From positions 12,194 to 68,203 of the forward strand of contig PQXF01000009.1 of the NCBI GenBank assembly GCA_003194445.1: DNA of 56,010 nt, given 5' to 3'. Shown here one piece after another: positions 18,629 to 28,800 of the stretch. The translations under genes were made by a program, and so were the position numbers. Positions within the stretch are counted from its first letter, which is position 1. Every line of letters begins with the position of its first letter. Origin of the DNA: Candidatus Methanogaster sp. GTDB taxonomy: Archaea > Halobacteriota > Methanosarcinia > Methanosarcinales > Methanogasteraceae. The notes under the pieces were generated by a model. That model saw only the letters and a program-made list of their open reading frames with translations, was not told the origin of the DNA and did no database searches.

Positions 18629-19828
18629 TTGAAGATTGTAACAATCAAAACACCTGATCAGGTGATCATTCCCTTACAGCAGCATGATGGCGCGGTGTGC
18701 GATTCCTTGGTAAGTGTTGGCGATATCGTTTCTGTTGGTCAATTGATCGGCGACGGCGAGTTTCGGATACATTCGAGCGTTTCCGGAGAGGTTACAGCCG
18801 TTTCCGAACTGCCGCACCCGACTGGTAAAGATATTCTCAGTGTGGTAATCAAGACACACGACGGGGAAAAGAGAGAAATTGAACCGGTAAAATTGTCCAC
18901 AGGAAAGATAAGGCGCATCATCAAGGACGCCGGTATCATCGAACCGAACGGACATCCGACATTGCGCACAAAAGAAGATATCGACACGATCGTCGTCAAC
19001 GGGACGAATACCTGGGATCTGTCATCATACGAAGCGCTCATGCTCGATCATCCTTCTAGAATCGTATATGGATTGAAAGCATTGATGGAAACGGTTGGTG
19101 CTACGAAAGCGTTTATCGTAATCGAACTTGGCTCAGAAGCGCTGCACGTCATGCGAACCGAGACGATACCGGATAACAACATCAAGGTCATCGCGACACC
19201 GGGGTACTACCCACCGGGCACCGAAGACACGCTTGCTAAGAAGTTTGCGAAGAAGAAGGTGCCACGCGGTAGCATCCCTGAGGACAAAGGCGTTCTCGTT
19301 AGCAGCATCGCTGCCATGAAAGCGATATACGACGCACTTTGTGACGGCGAACCCATGATTAAGAAAGTGGTGACCGTTGCAGGCGCGGTAGGTTCTCCGA
19401 GAGACGTTCTCGTGGATATCGGCGCGCCGATTAGTCATGTGATCAAGGAATGCGGCGGATGTAGTGGAACGCCGGTAAAGATCATCGTAAACGGAGCAAT
19501 ACCTGGCGCGGCGCAGTACTCAGACGACGTTCCGGTCATCAAGACGACAACGGGAATCCTGGTACAGACCGAGAGCAATATCGAGCGCGAACCGCCGGCA
19601 CCCTGTATCAACTGCGCGTGGTGTGTGGACGAGTGTCCGATCGGACTGATGCCGCACCTGCTGTATGGATATGCTGACAGCGCGCAGTTTGACAAGTGTG
19701 CGGAATTATACATCGGTGACTGCGTGGAATGCGGTATGTGTGCGTACGTCTGCCCGTCCAAGTTACCAATCGTGCAGATAATCAGGTATGGTAAACATGG
19801 CGTTGCCGAGATGGAGGCGTTTAAATGA
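18629..19828 (+). CDS. rnfC: Rnf complex subunit C
   Basis: IPL.QH.G, IHSSVSG.V, CINCAWCVDECP and CVECGMCAYVCP 4Fe-4S motifs; first gene of the operon. Confidence 0.93.
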   Translation: MKIVTIKTPDQVIIPLQQHDGAVCDSLVSVGDIVSVGQLIGDGEFRIHSSVSGEVTAVSELPHPTGKDILSVVIKTHDGEKREIEPVKLSTGKIRRIIKDAGIIEPNGHPTLRTKEDIDTIVVNGTNTWDLSSYEALMLDHPSRIVYGLKALMETVGATKAFIVIELGSEALHVMRTETIPDNNIKVIATPGYYPPGTEDTLAKKFAKKKVPRGSIPEDKGVLVSSIAAMKAIYDALCDGEPMIKKVVTVAGAVGSPRDVLVDIGAPISHVIKECGGCSGTPVKIIVNGAIPGAAQYSDDVPVIKTTTGILVQTESNIEREPPAPCINCAWCVDECPIGLMPHLLYGYADSAQFDKCAELYIGDCVECGMCAYVCPSKLPIVQIIRYGKHGVAEMEAFK

Positions 19829-20682
19829 CATATACAATATCACCATTACCCCATGTGAAGAGCAAGGAGAGTGTGAAGAGTGTGATGTGGGGGACCGTCG
19901 CCGCACTGATTCCGATCACGATCGCGGCGATCTATCTCTTTGGGTTTCCTGCGCTAACGATCATTCTTGCAACAGTGATTGCGGCAGTTGTAACCGAGAT
20001 CATTATCTACAAGGCAGCATCCCAGCCGATCACCATAACTGACGGGAATGCTGTGTTGGTTGGTCTCTTGCTTGCGCTCCTCATGCCGTCAAGTGTCCCG
20101 ATCTGGGTTCCGGTCATCGGAGCCGCGTTTGCGATAGCTGTTCCAAAATACATCTTTGGTGGCACAGGGACACTGGTGTTCCATCCGACACTGGTCGGAT
20201 TTGCATTCCTGCTTGCTGCATGGCCCACGCTGATGGGAACCGGATCCGTACCGAATCTCGGCAGTTTCTCTGACCTATTCCTTGAGGCGGGTGCTGGCAG
20301 ACTTGCCGAGGCTTCGCCCATATTAGTCCTGCTCGGCGGTGCATTCGTCCTGTACAAGAAATATGTGGACCGGCGGGTGGCACTCAGTGCTACTATCTTG
20401 CTGTTACTCTTGATGCCGATCGTCGGGATGGGTGAAGAGCTTCCTTATGTGTTAACCGGCGGCTACTTCCTCGGACTGATATTCCTTGCGGCAGACCCGG
20501 TCACATCACCGGTGACAAAGAGGGGCAGACTGGTTTATGGGATCGTGCTTGCCGTGCTGATACTGATCCAGCTCCATTTCAATACCTATTTCGCAGGGAT
20601 GTGCTTCGCAGTGCTCATGATGAACGTCTTCAGTCCGCTCATCGACAGAAGCACCATACCAAAGCCGATCGGAGGGAAATAA
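19825..20682 (+). CDS. rnfD: Rnf complex subunit D
   Basis: SPLPH, D..A...GLLLAL..P, K..FGG.G...F.P, DPVTSP. Confidence 0.93.
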   Translation: MTYTISPLPHVKSKESVKSVMWGTVAALIPITIAAIYLFGFPALTIILATVIAAVVTEIIIYKAASQPITITDGNAVLVGLLLALLMPSSVPIWVPVIGAAFAIAVPKYIFGGTGTLVFHPTLVGFAFLLAAWPTLMGTGSVPNLGSFSDLFLEAGAGRLAEASPILVLLGGAFVLYKKYVDRRVALSATILLLLLMPIVGMGEELPYVLTGGYFLGLIFLAADPVTSPVTKRGRLVYGIVLAVLILIQLHFNTYFAGMCFAVLMMNVFSPLIDRSTIPKPIGGK

Positions 20683-20683
20683 A

Positions 20684-21232
20684 ATGGCAGAAACAAAAGA
20701 TTCCACTATAATGATACTTGTCAAGCTAACGCTCATTGCTGCGGTGGCAGCAGCAGTCCTGACAGCGACTTATGGTGTCACACAGGAACAGCTTGATAAG
20801 CTGGCAGAAGCGGCAGGCGGCCCTGACAAGCAACTGCTCAAGATGGGTATTGTCCCTGATGCCACCAAGTTCAAATCCGCGGGTGGTGAACTGTGCTACG
20901 AGGCATACAACGGTGGCGACCTGATCGGCTATGGAGCCATGACGGAGGTGCAGGGCATGCAGGACATGTTAACTCTCGCAGTCGGAGTGGACACTGATTT
21001 CGTAGTGACCGGAGTTGTTGTGGTGTCGCAGAAAGAGACGCCTGGAATCGGTGACAAGATTCAGAAAGATGAGGCGTTCACCGCGCAGTTCGCAGGTGTC
21101 GGTCCGGACGGGCTTGCACTCTCAAGTGACGGCGGAAAGATCGATGCCATCTCAGGTGCAACGGTATCATCAGGATATGTCACCGCCGGAGTCGTTGAAA
21201 TAATTGGAAAGATGCAAGAGGAGGTCTCGTAA
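20684..21232 (+). CDS. rnfG: Rnf complex subunit G
   Basis: N-terminal TM helix, ETPGIG, FMN-binding DAISGATVSS. Confidence 0.95.
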   Translation: MAETKDSTIMILVKLTLIAAVAAAVLTATYGVTQEQLDKLAEAAGGPDKQLLKMGIVPDATKFKSAGGELCYEAYNGGDLIGYGAMTEVQGMQDMLTLAVGVDTDFVVTGVVVVSQKETPGIGDKIQKDEAFTAQFAGVGPDGLALSSDGGKIDAISGATVSSGYVTAGVVEIIGKMQEEVS

Positions 21233-21946
21233 ATGGCAAACAAATCATTCATAGGGGAGATAATCCGGGGAATCATCAAGGATAACCCGGTATTCGTGCT
21301 CGTGCTCGGTCTCTGTCCAGTACTTGCTGTAACCACTTCGTTTGCAAATGGTTTTGGTATGGGACTGGCATTTACTTTTGTGATGCTCGGCTCAAACATC
21401 ATGGTCTCTCTCCTGCGAAAGCAGATCCCACCAGATGTCAGAATCCCGATATTCATTCTTATCATTTGTACCTTCGTTACGATGGTTGATATGCTGCTTG
21501 AGGCATATCAGCCAGATATGTACGAGCGGCTCGGCATCTTTGTGCCATTGATCGTTGTAAACTGTATAGTCATCGGAAGGGCGGAGGCGTATGCAAATCG
21601 AAATCCAGTATTTCCCTCGATAGCAGATGGGATTGGCATATCGATGGGTTTTATAATCGCACTGGTATTGTTAGGTAGCATCAGGGAATTTCTTGGGACT
21701 GGAACTATAGTGTTCGATCTGCTCGGCTATGATGTTGGAAAAGACATAATTATGAGGTTTCCTGCGATTGAACTCGTGATTGAACTCGTGATTGGTGTGC
21801 TTAGTCCCTACCTTCCACCGCCAGCAACCGTGATGGTCACGGCTCCCGGGGCTTTCTTAACGATCGCGGTACTGATGCTTCTATTCAAGATCATGGGTGA
21901 TCGTAAACGGATGAAACAACTCAGAAAGGAGGGTTACGAGATATGA
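21233..21946 (+). CDS. rnfE: Rnf complex subunit E
   Basis: NPVFV..LGLCP.LAVT, VRIP, PLIVVNC...GRAE, RE.LG.G, PGAF. Confidence 0.95.
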   Translation: MANKSFIGEIIRGIIKDNPVFVLVLGLCPVLAVTTSFANGFGMGLAFTFVMLGSNIMVSLLRKQIPPDVRIPIFILIICTFVTMVDMLLEAYQPDMYERLGIFVPLIVVNCIVIGRAEAYANRNPVFPSIADGIGISMGFIIALVLLGSIREFLGTGTIVFDLLGYDVGKDIIMRFPAIELVIELVIGVLSPYLPPPATVMVTAPGAFLTIAVLMLLFKIMGDRKRMKQLRKEGYEI

Positions 21947-22563
21947 TCGAAACACCAGGACTTATGCCGACAGAGGATCTCTTCCCGATCTTTGTGAATG
22001 CGATGTTCACAAAGAACTTCCTCTTGATCATGTTTCTCGGACTCTGCTCTTACGTTGGTCTGACCACCAACTCAGATACCTCAAAAGGCATGTCGATGGC
22101 GGTCACCTTTGTTATGACGATGTCGGCGATCCTCACGTGGCCCATATACTATTATCTCCTGAGCGATGCAAGTATTATAGGGAAGGATCTGACATTCCTG
22201 CGGACGATCTGTTTCATCCTCATCATCGCTTCATTTGTGCAGCTTGTCGAGTTCATCATACGCAAGTTCAGCCCGCCGCTCTACAAGTCGCTCGGGATCT
22301 ATCTTCCGTTGATCGCAACGAACTGCGCGGTTCTTGGTGTGGTGCTGATGAATATACAGGAGGGGTACACGTATGGCGCAAGCATTATATACGCGTTCGC
22401 GGCAGGGCTTGGCTACTCGTGGGTGATGCTTGCAACAGCGGCTGTGCGAGAGAAGTTGATTATGCGTAATGTTGACCTCTTCAACGGCTTCATCGGAGCA
22501 TTCTTTGCAGCGACGATGGTCGCACTAATTGTTGTCAGTTACTTTTCGGTGGTGAAACTATGA
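21943..22563 (+). CDS. rnfA: Rnf complex subunit A
   Basis: FLGLC, FIL.IA..VQ.VE, LGIYLPLI.TNCAVLG. Confidence 0.95.
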   Translation: MIETPGLMPTEDLFPIFVNAMFTKNFLLIMFLGLCSYVGLTTNSDTSKGMSMAVTFVMTMSAILTWPIYYYLLSDASIIGKDLTFLRTICFILIIASFVQLVEFIIRKFSPPLYKSLGIYLPLIATNCAVLGVVLMNIQEGYTYGASIIYAFAAGLGYSWVMLATAAVREKLIMRNVDLFNGFIGAFFAATMVALIVVSYFSVVKL

Positions 22564-23363
22564 CCGTTGATCTTATGAGTTTGATGCCGCCTGCAATCGT
22601 TGTGCTTGGAGCACTCGGATTTGCGATGGCAGGGATGCTCGTCTGGGCGTCAAAGGCGTTCTATGTTCCGACTGATCCGCTTGTTGATGCACTGATCGAA
22701 CTGATGCCCGGAGCAAACTGCGGAGCGTGCGGATATCCGGGATGTGCTGATGCTGCCGAGCATATTGTGGCAGGGGACGTCTCACCTGAGGTGTGTACTT
22801 CATGCGATGCAGAGACGTTTGAACTGATCGGAGAACTGCTCGGAGTGGATATCAGCGCAGCAGAGCCCATGTATCCGGTCACGCTCTGTCAGGGTGGCAC
22901 AAACTGCAAGGACAGATACGATTACATCGGCGCGGATACGTGCAGAGCCGCAATCCTGCTTTCGGGCACGAAGAAAGCCTGCTCATACGGATGCATCGGT
23001 CTTGGCGACTGTGTGCGGGCGTGCATGTTTGATGCGATCGAGATTGCGGATAACGGACTTCCGAGAATCAAGAAGTATAACTGCAAGGGCTGCGGCGCGT
23101 GTGTGACTGCTTGCCCGCAGGATGTGCTCCTCGTAACAAAGGAACACGGTCCGGTCTACGTGGTCTGTGCATCGCATGACAAGCCAAAGTATGTCAAAGA
23201 GATATGCGAGTTCGGATGCATAGGGTGCGGGATATGCAAGAAGAACTGCCCTGAGGGTGCAATCAAGCTTGTCCAGAAGGTTGCCGTGATCGATCAGGAG
23301 AAGTGTAACCAGTGCGGGACATGCATCGATGTCTGCCCGAGAAACGCAATCGTGAAGCTGTGA
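22560..23363 (+). CDS. rnfB: Rnf complex subunit B
   Basis: PGANCGACGYPGC, C.YGC.G.GDC...C.FDAI, several further ferredoxin motifs. Confidence 0.95.
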   Translation: MTVDLMSLMPPAIVVLGALGFAMAGMLVWASKAFYVPTDPLVDALIELMPGANCGACGYPGCADAAEHIVAGDVSPEVCTSCDAETFELIGELLGVDISAAEPMYPVTLCQGGTNCKDRYDYIGADTCRAAILLSGTKKACSYGCIGLGDCVRACMFDAIEIADNGLPRIKKYNCKGCGACVTACPQDVLLVTKEHGPVYVVCASHDKPKYVKEICEFGCIGCGICKKNCPEGAIKLVQKVAVIDQEKCNQCGTCIDVCPRNAIVKL

Positions 23364-23377
23364 TCTTTTATCAGTAC

Positions 23378-23409
23378 AACCACGGGATTTCCATATAAAT
23401 CTCGTGGTT
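23378..23409. terminator. Hairpin between convergent rnfB and HEPN genes, possible bidirectional terminator
   Basis: aaccacgggattt-ccatat-aaatctcgtggtt, 13-bp arms with one G-T pair, followed by a T-rich tract. Confidence 0.5.
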
Positions 23410-23423
23410 CTATAATTTTTTAG

Positions 23424-23957
23424 TTATGTTAATTTTGAAGACAGGTAATTGATAAATTGATGAGCCAAACGATAAAGATCATAAATCTCTTCGACAGTCT
23501 TTTCGATGGGGAATACAGCAAAATTGCCATGTACCAGTTCATTCCGTAAATTTCCTATCTCTAAAAAAGCCCGGATAGATTTTTCCAATTCTGAATTGTC
23601 TTTAACATCCTCACTGGCTTGGTCCTTAAATCCGTCACCGAATAACGAAAAAAATCTATTAGCGTTCCTGGCGCTCCAATCAAAATAAGTATGATATTGC
23701 CGCTCCACTGCTTTATTTTTCACAAAAGATATAATTATTAGATTATTACCAGAATTTTTCTCCACAAAACTTAATATTATATCCTTAATTTCATCTTCAA
23801 AATAACTTGCAGCCGAAAGCAGAAGAACCTTTTTAAGATTGTCATCCGCAACGATTTTTAAGGAGATCTCTTTGTTAGTCTCAAGATAATCAATCATCTC
23901 TTTAAATTCTTTGTACCTCGTCCCAACAATATCCCCATTACTACCCATAACAATCAA
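23424..23957 (-). CDS. HEPN domain protein (RiboL-PSP/MAE_28990-like), putative RNase effector
   Basis: LLLSAASYFE and the Rx4H motif RNELVH; low GC; 1 bp from the DUF262 gene. Confidence 0.85.
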   Translation of the reverse strand: MIVMGSNGDIVGTRYKEFKEMIDYLETNKEISLKIVADDNLKKVLLLSAASYFEDEIKDIILSFVEKNSGNNLIIISFVKNKAVERQYHTYFDWSARNANRFFSLFGDGFKDQASEDVKDNSELEKSIRAFLEIGNLRNELVHGNFAVFPIEKTVEEIYDLYRLAHQFINYLSSKLT

Positions 23958-23958
23958 C

Positions 23959-25140
23959 CTAACGAGATAATATTATTTCTCGGGCTCTTCTCAATCTAGT
24001 CTCTACATTCGTTTTACTTGATGTCTTTGATATAGTAGCGTTTTTGACATCTTCGTCATTCTTAAGTGTGTTTAATTGTTCTGTGGTTATGGAGGGGACA
24101 TTAAGAGACTTTTCATCATAAGATGCTCCACAAACCGCAGTGAAGACTGCTTCATAAATAGAGATGTTGATTCTGTTAGTTTTTCCTGTGAATGCTCGCT
24201 CATCTAAATTTTGGCAGCTATTCAGGAACGAATCGAACAAATTTTCCAGATGCTTAACCTTTTGTTCTGAGAATGATTTTGCATCATTTGAAAATTTATT
24301 AAGAAATTTTACCATCGATGGTTTGTAATTACCCCCATCTACTAACATCGCAAAACCTCGCAACAATATTTCAACATCCTTCATGTGGAGATCCGGTTCC
24401 GGACTACCGATCAACCGTCTCCATCTTGTATCAAGATCAATCCGATATAGCATATCGTAAAAGTCAGAGTGATATAAACTTGTTCGTATTTCCTGCGGTG
24501 TTAGATTCATCCCTCCTGTGTTTAAGCGATTAAATATCTCATAAATTACAGAGTCGTCATCTGGCGGAGAGTTTTGTTTTATAATAATATTTCTTATCGT
24601 CCTCATTTCAAAAGTGTTTTTATACTCTCCGAGAGTCTCATAGTTCAATTTGTTCAATTTATTCTTCTTATCTGGCAATTTCTCTGGCAATTTGAGTTTG
24701 AAATTGCTGAAATAATCATCGTTGTGCAATATATCGTCAGGGATTCTACCCCTCTCGTCGAATATTCTTCTCAATTCATACCTTTTTTCTCTTTTAGGAA
24801 ATCTCATTTTTATAAAATAATAAATAGTCATTAACCGTTGTTGTCCATCAACCACTAAAAACTCATTTTTGGATTTTTCATATAGAAAAATCTGAGGTAC
24901 GGGTATTCCAAATATTATCGATTCTATCAGTTTGGATGCCCTCGTCAGATCCCAGACGTAGTTCCTTTGAAAAACCGGAACTTTGAATATTTCAGATTCA
25001 ATAAAATCAAAAATGGTTTTAATATTGAAATCGTTTGGAAACGTCGTAATGTCATATTCTGTTAGAGAATCGTCTTCATCGGCGTCAGTCTCATCTTCGA
25101 TTTCAAGCGAATTTTCATAGCTGCCATCCATATTTATCAC
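23959..25140 (-). CDS. DUF262 (GmrS/ParB-like NTPase) domain protein
   Basis: P.FQRNYVW, LIES...GIP.P, VVDGQQRL, IF.RLNTGG..L..QEIR. Confidence 0.92.
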   Translation of the reverse strand: MINMDGSYENSLEIEDETDADEDDSLTEYDITTFPNDFNIKTIFDFIESEIFKVPVFQRNYVWDLTRASKLIESIIFGIPVPQIFLYEKSKNEFLVVDGQQRLMTIYYFIKMRFPKREKRYELRRIFDERGRIPDDILHNDDYFSNFKLKLPEKLPDKKNKLNKLNYETLGEYKNTFEMRTIRNIIIKQNSPPDDDSVIYEIFNRLNTGGMNLTPQEIRTSLYHSDFYDMLYRIDLDTRWRRLIGSPEPDLHMKDVEILLRGFAMLVDGGNYKPSMVKFLNKFSNDAKSFSEQKVKHLENLFDSFLNSCQNLDERAFTGKTNRINISIYEAVFTAVCGASYDEKSLNVPSITTEQLNTLKNDEDVKNATISKTSSKTNVETRLRRAREIILSR

Positions 25141-25274
25141 CTTGTATCTATTTATTAACCATCACTATTATATGAACAGTACGTGATTACAGCTCATATC
25201 GTTTCATGCAGTGTAATCAGTATCATCCATGACACTTAAATTTAACCAATCTCTATATTCCCGGTCACTGCCTG

Positions 25275-25500
25275 AAGGAACCTTGTCCGGTCTATGTGGT
25301 CTGTGCATTGCACGATAAGGGCAAGTATGTCAAAGAGATATGCGAGTTCGGATGCATCAGATGCGGGATATGCAAGAAGAACTGCCCTGAAGGCGCAATC
25401 AAGCTTATCCGGAAGGTTGCTGTGATCGATCAGGAGAAATGCAACCAGTGCGGGACCTGCATCGAGGTGTGCCCGAGGAACGCGATCGTGAAGCTGTGAT
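25275..25500 (+). repeat. Diverged copy 1 of the rnfB 3' end (226 bp, matches 23139-23364)
   Basis: Ungapped manual alignment, about 25 mismatches in 226 bp, about half of them synonymous; ends at the same IVKL-TGA; followed by a perfect 10-bp-arm hairpin gatggactcc-caata-ggagtccatc (25498-25522). Confidence 0.95.
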
Positions 25501-25603
25501 GGACTCCCAATAGGAGTCCATCGATGCCACTGCCTGCAAGGGCAGGGCATTAGCGGAGGTATATGTTCCCGAGCGGTTAGATTCAGGCAATGGTGAACGC
25601 AAA

Positions 25604-25685
25604 AGACGGATCAACGCCGAGTTCGGAACAACGATCCTCCTGATCAGCCGCTATCTCGGGTTCGTGAGGGGAATTTCACAACCGC
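25604..25685 (+). pseudogene. Remnant of the C-terminal part of an AtwA-like (MCR component A2 family) ABC ATPase
   Basis: Translates RRINAEFGTTILLISRYLGFVRGISQ, resembling the switch region (RIN.EFGTTI...SH...FV.E.S) of methanogen AtwA-like ATPases, from recall. Confidence 0.55.
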
Positions 25686-25853
25686 GAGATTACACGGTAT
25701 TTGCGTCAATGCAAAACATATCGCCAAGGAGAGGGGCGGCGCAGCAATTACACGAGATCCTTTTCTGTGCCAGTCCCGAGACTTTGGGGGTGTTGCTCGA
25801 TTAACTTTATGTGAGATGGGGGTGTGGCTATTAGCACTGCAAAGGTGATTGTT

Positions 25854-28800
25854 ATGAACCGAGACACCCAGACATTCCACTCAAATACTCTTTTACGACC
25901 GACTATCAGCGTGTGCACACTCCTGATGCTGATTATTGTCGCGGCAGGCGTGGCGGCGGCAGGCATGCCGCCTTTGCCGTACTTCAGTCAGTGCGACTCC
26001 CGATGGGAAAGCGACAAACTGGGCGGCGACGGTCCAACAATATGCAGTCAGGGCTGTGCGCTCACATCTGCCGCGATGGTGATGGTATACTATGGCGTGG
26101 ACACCGATCCGAAGCGGCTGAACAATGCAATTGGGCGTGGGGGCTATGACGCAGGCTATAATATCTACTGGTCTGCTGTCAGGAACGTTTGCCATGATGA
26201 GATCAATCAGATCGAGTATTCTCCGGGAACGGTCAAGCCTTTTGACACGACTGTGCTGAACACTCACCTTGATGCAAAACATCCGGTCATCGTTAATGTG
26301 GGAGGTCACTTTGTGGTGGTGACTGGCAGATCAGATGGGACGTACTACATCAATGACCCAATTTCAAGCGCCAAATCTACGTTGGACGATTATCCAAGCA
26401 GAGTCGGGATGCATATCTACACTGGCAATCCGCCGGACATAAACAAACCTCTCGTCGGCGACTGGAACGGCAATGGAACCGATACAACCGGCATCTACAA
26501 TTACACGACCGCAAATTTTTCGCTTGATAGCGGGTTAAACATCAGTTTCGGCATCTCTGGCGATATTCCGATCACAGGAGACTGGAACGGGGATGGATAT
26601 GACACTATCGGTGTCTTCCGTCCATCGACTGCTCAGTTCTTCCTTGATTATGATAACGATGGCGTTTCTGATATGAACGCAACGTTCGGAGTTATCGGCG
26701 ATGTTCCGGTTGTTGGAGACTGGGACGGCGACGGGGATGATAACATCGGCGTATTTCGACCGAATCATTCTGATACCGGACTTACGATGTTCTTCCTTGA
26801 TCTTGACAACAGCGGTGGATCTGCGGATATGAGCGTGGCGTTTGGCGAGCCTGAGGATCTGCCTGTTATCGGGGACTGGGACGGCGACGGGGATGATAAT
26901 ATCGGGCTGTACCGCCCAGGCAGTACTACCGGCGTATTTTATCTGGATATCGATAACGATGGCGGGGCTGCTGATATCGTGACGCCTGGGTACGGGGATC
27001 TCGGAGATATTCCGATTGCAGGAGACTGGGATGGTGATGGCGAGGATAATATCGGAGTTTATCGACCTGAGACCGGGGAGTTTTTCTTGAATGCTGAGAT
27101 GCCGACTGATGTGGGATTAGTAGCAGAATGGCATTTTGATGAGGGTTCTGGCAACATTTTAAATGATAGTTCAGGAAATGGAAATGATGGGGTAATTTAC
27201 GGCGCAACATGGACAGCAGGGAAATCTGGTCACGCGTTGAGGTTCGATGGAAGCGGTGATTATGTAAACATACCAACCACATCTGATCTCAATCCTGTTG
27301 ATGGCTCTTGGACCGTTGAAGCATGGATAAACATACCAACGCTCCCTCCTTCGGATTATACTTATCCTGTGATGGCGAAACATAATGGCGATATGGATAA
27401 TGGATATACCCTACACATCTCTGGCACCACTAGAACTGTTAACTATATGGTTGACCATTATAAAGGTCCCGTTTACAAAGCTAACAGCATAATTTCAATA
27501 AATACATGGTATCATGTTGCTGGCGTTTTGGATAGGACAACAAACACTTTAAAAATATTTGTAAACGGATCTCAAATGGATTCGACCTCAATATCAGGAC
27601 TTGGGACTATTAATCCGTCAAACCCACTCTGGATTGGTAGATACAATAGAGCAGCTCGTTCAAGGTATGAATACTTCAATGGCACAATAGACGAAGTTCG
27701 CATCTACAACAGGGCATTAACCGCAGATGAAATAAAAGAACATTACGGGGAAATATCTACTTCCGATGGCTTTGATTATCCAGTCGGTGCACCATATATT
27801 ACACAGGCAAATGATGGAGATGGTTGGTACAATGCACAAGATTTTCGAGTTAATAATCATTTAGGAGAAGATTGGAATGGAGAAGATGGTGGGGATACTG
27901 ATTGTGGAGAGCCAGTGTATGCAGTTTCGGAGGGAACGATAGTTTATGCTGCCGATGCGGGATCCGGCTGGGGCAATGTTATGATTGTTCGCCATGAACT
28001 GCCTGATGGAACACAGGTAGAATCTTTATATGCACATCTCCAAAGCATGAGTAAGACCCGTGGAACTGTTGAAAGAAGGGAACAAATAGGAACTATTGGA
28101 AAAGATGGCTGGCCATATTGCCATTTACATTTTGAAATGCGGTTTTCAAATTGTTCTTCATGGGGAAGTCCTGGACCGGGATATAGCACAGATGCGACGG
28201 GTTGGATCGACCCTTCCGATTTTATTGATTTGCATCGCCCCCCTAACTTTCCTGTGGACTGGGCATATTCTGATTTGATTACAATTCAAGAGAATTCCGG
28301 CTCTGATCTGACTGATTACCAGATTCGGGTCGAGTTGAACTCATCAAATTTTGATTTCTCGAAGACACAGTTAGATGGTGCGGATATCCGGTTTGCGAAA
28401 CTGGATGGGACTTTGCTGAGTTACTGGATCGGGACGTGGAACTCGACTGGCGAGAGCGCGAAGGTCTGGGTCAAGGTGTCGAGTATTCCAGCGAGTGGTA
28501 CTGCAACGATCAGGATGTACTACGGAAATTCGGTCGCTACAAGCGAGAGTAACGGAATTGCGGCGTTTGAGTTCTTTGATGATTTTTCAACGTATACGCT
28601 GGCAAACTACGATACTGAATGCAGTGGTATGAATCCCCCAATTGTATGCGGTTTTGATTGGGATAGTATTAATGAGCAGTTAATAGTTTCGTGTTTGGGC
28701 GGTGATTGTCCGAATTATGGAAATAGGTTTTATCCCAAAAATCTCAATTTGACAAATTCGGTTGCAAGCTGTGATTTTAAGATCGTAGAAGAATATGATC

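Noticed and set aside
25296-25499. Stand-alone 67-aa ferredoxin gene
   Set aside because: It is the rnfB 3' copy; homology begins upstream of the GTG and no clear SD is present. Expression cannot be fully excluded.
25275-25500. DGR template/variable repeat pair with rnfB
   Set aside because: Mismatches are not adenine-specific (many C/T and G/C third-position changes) and no RT gene is present
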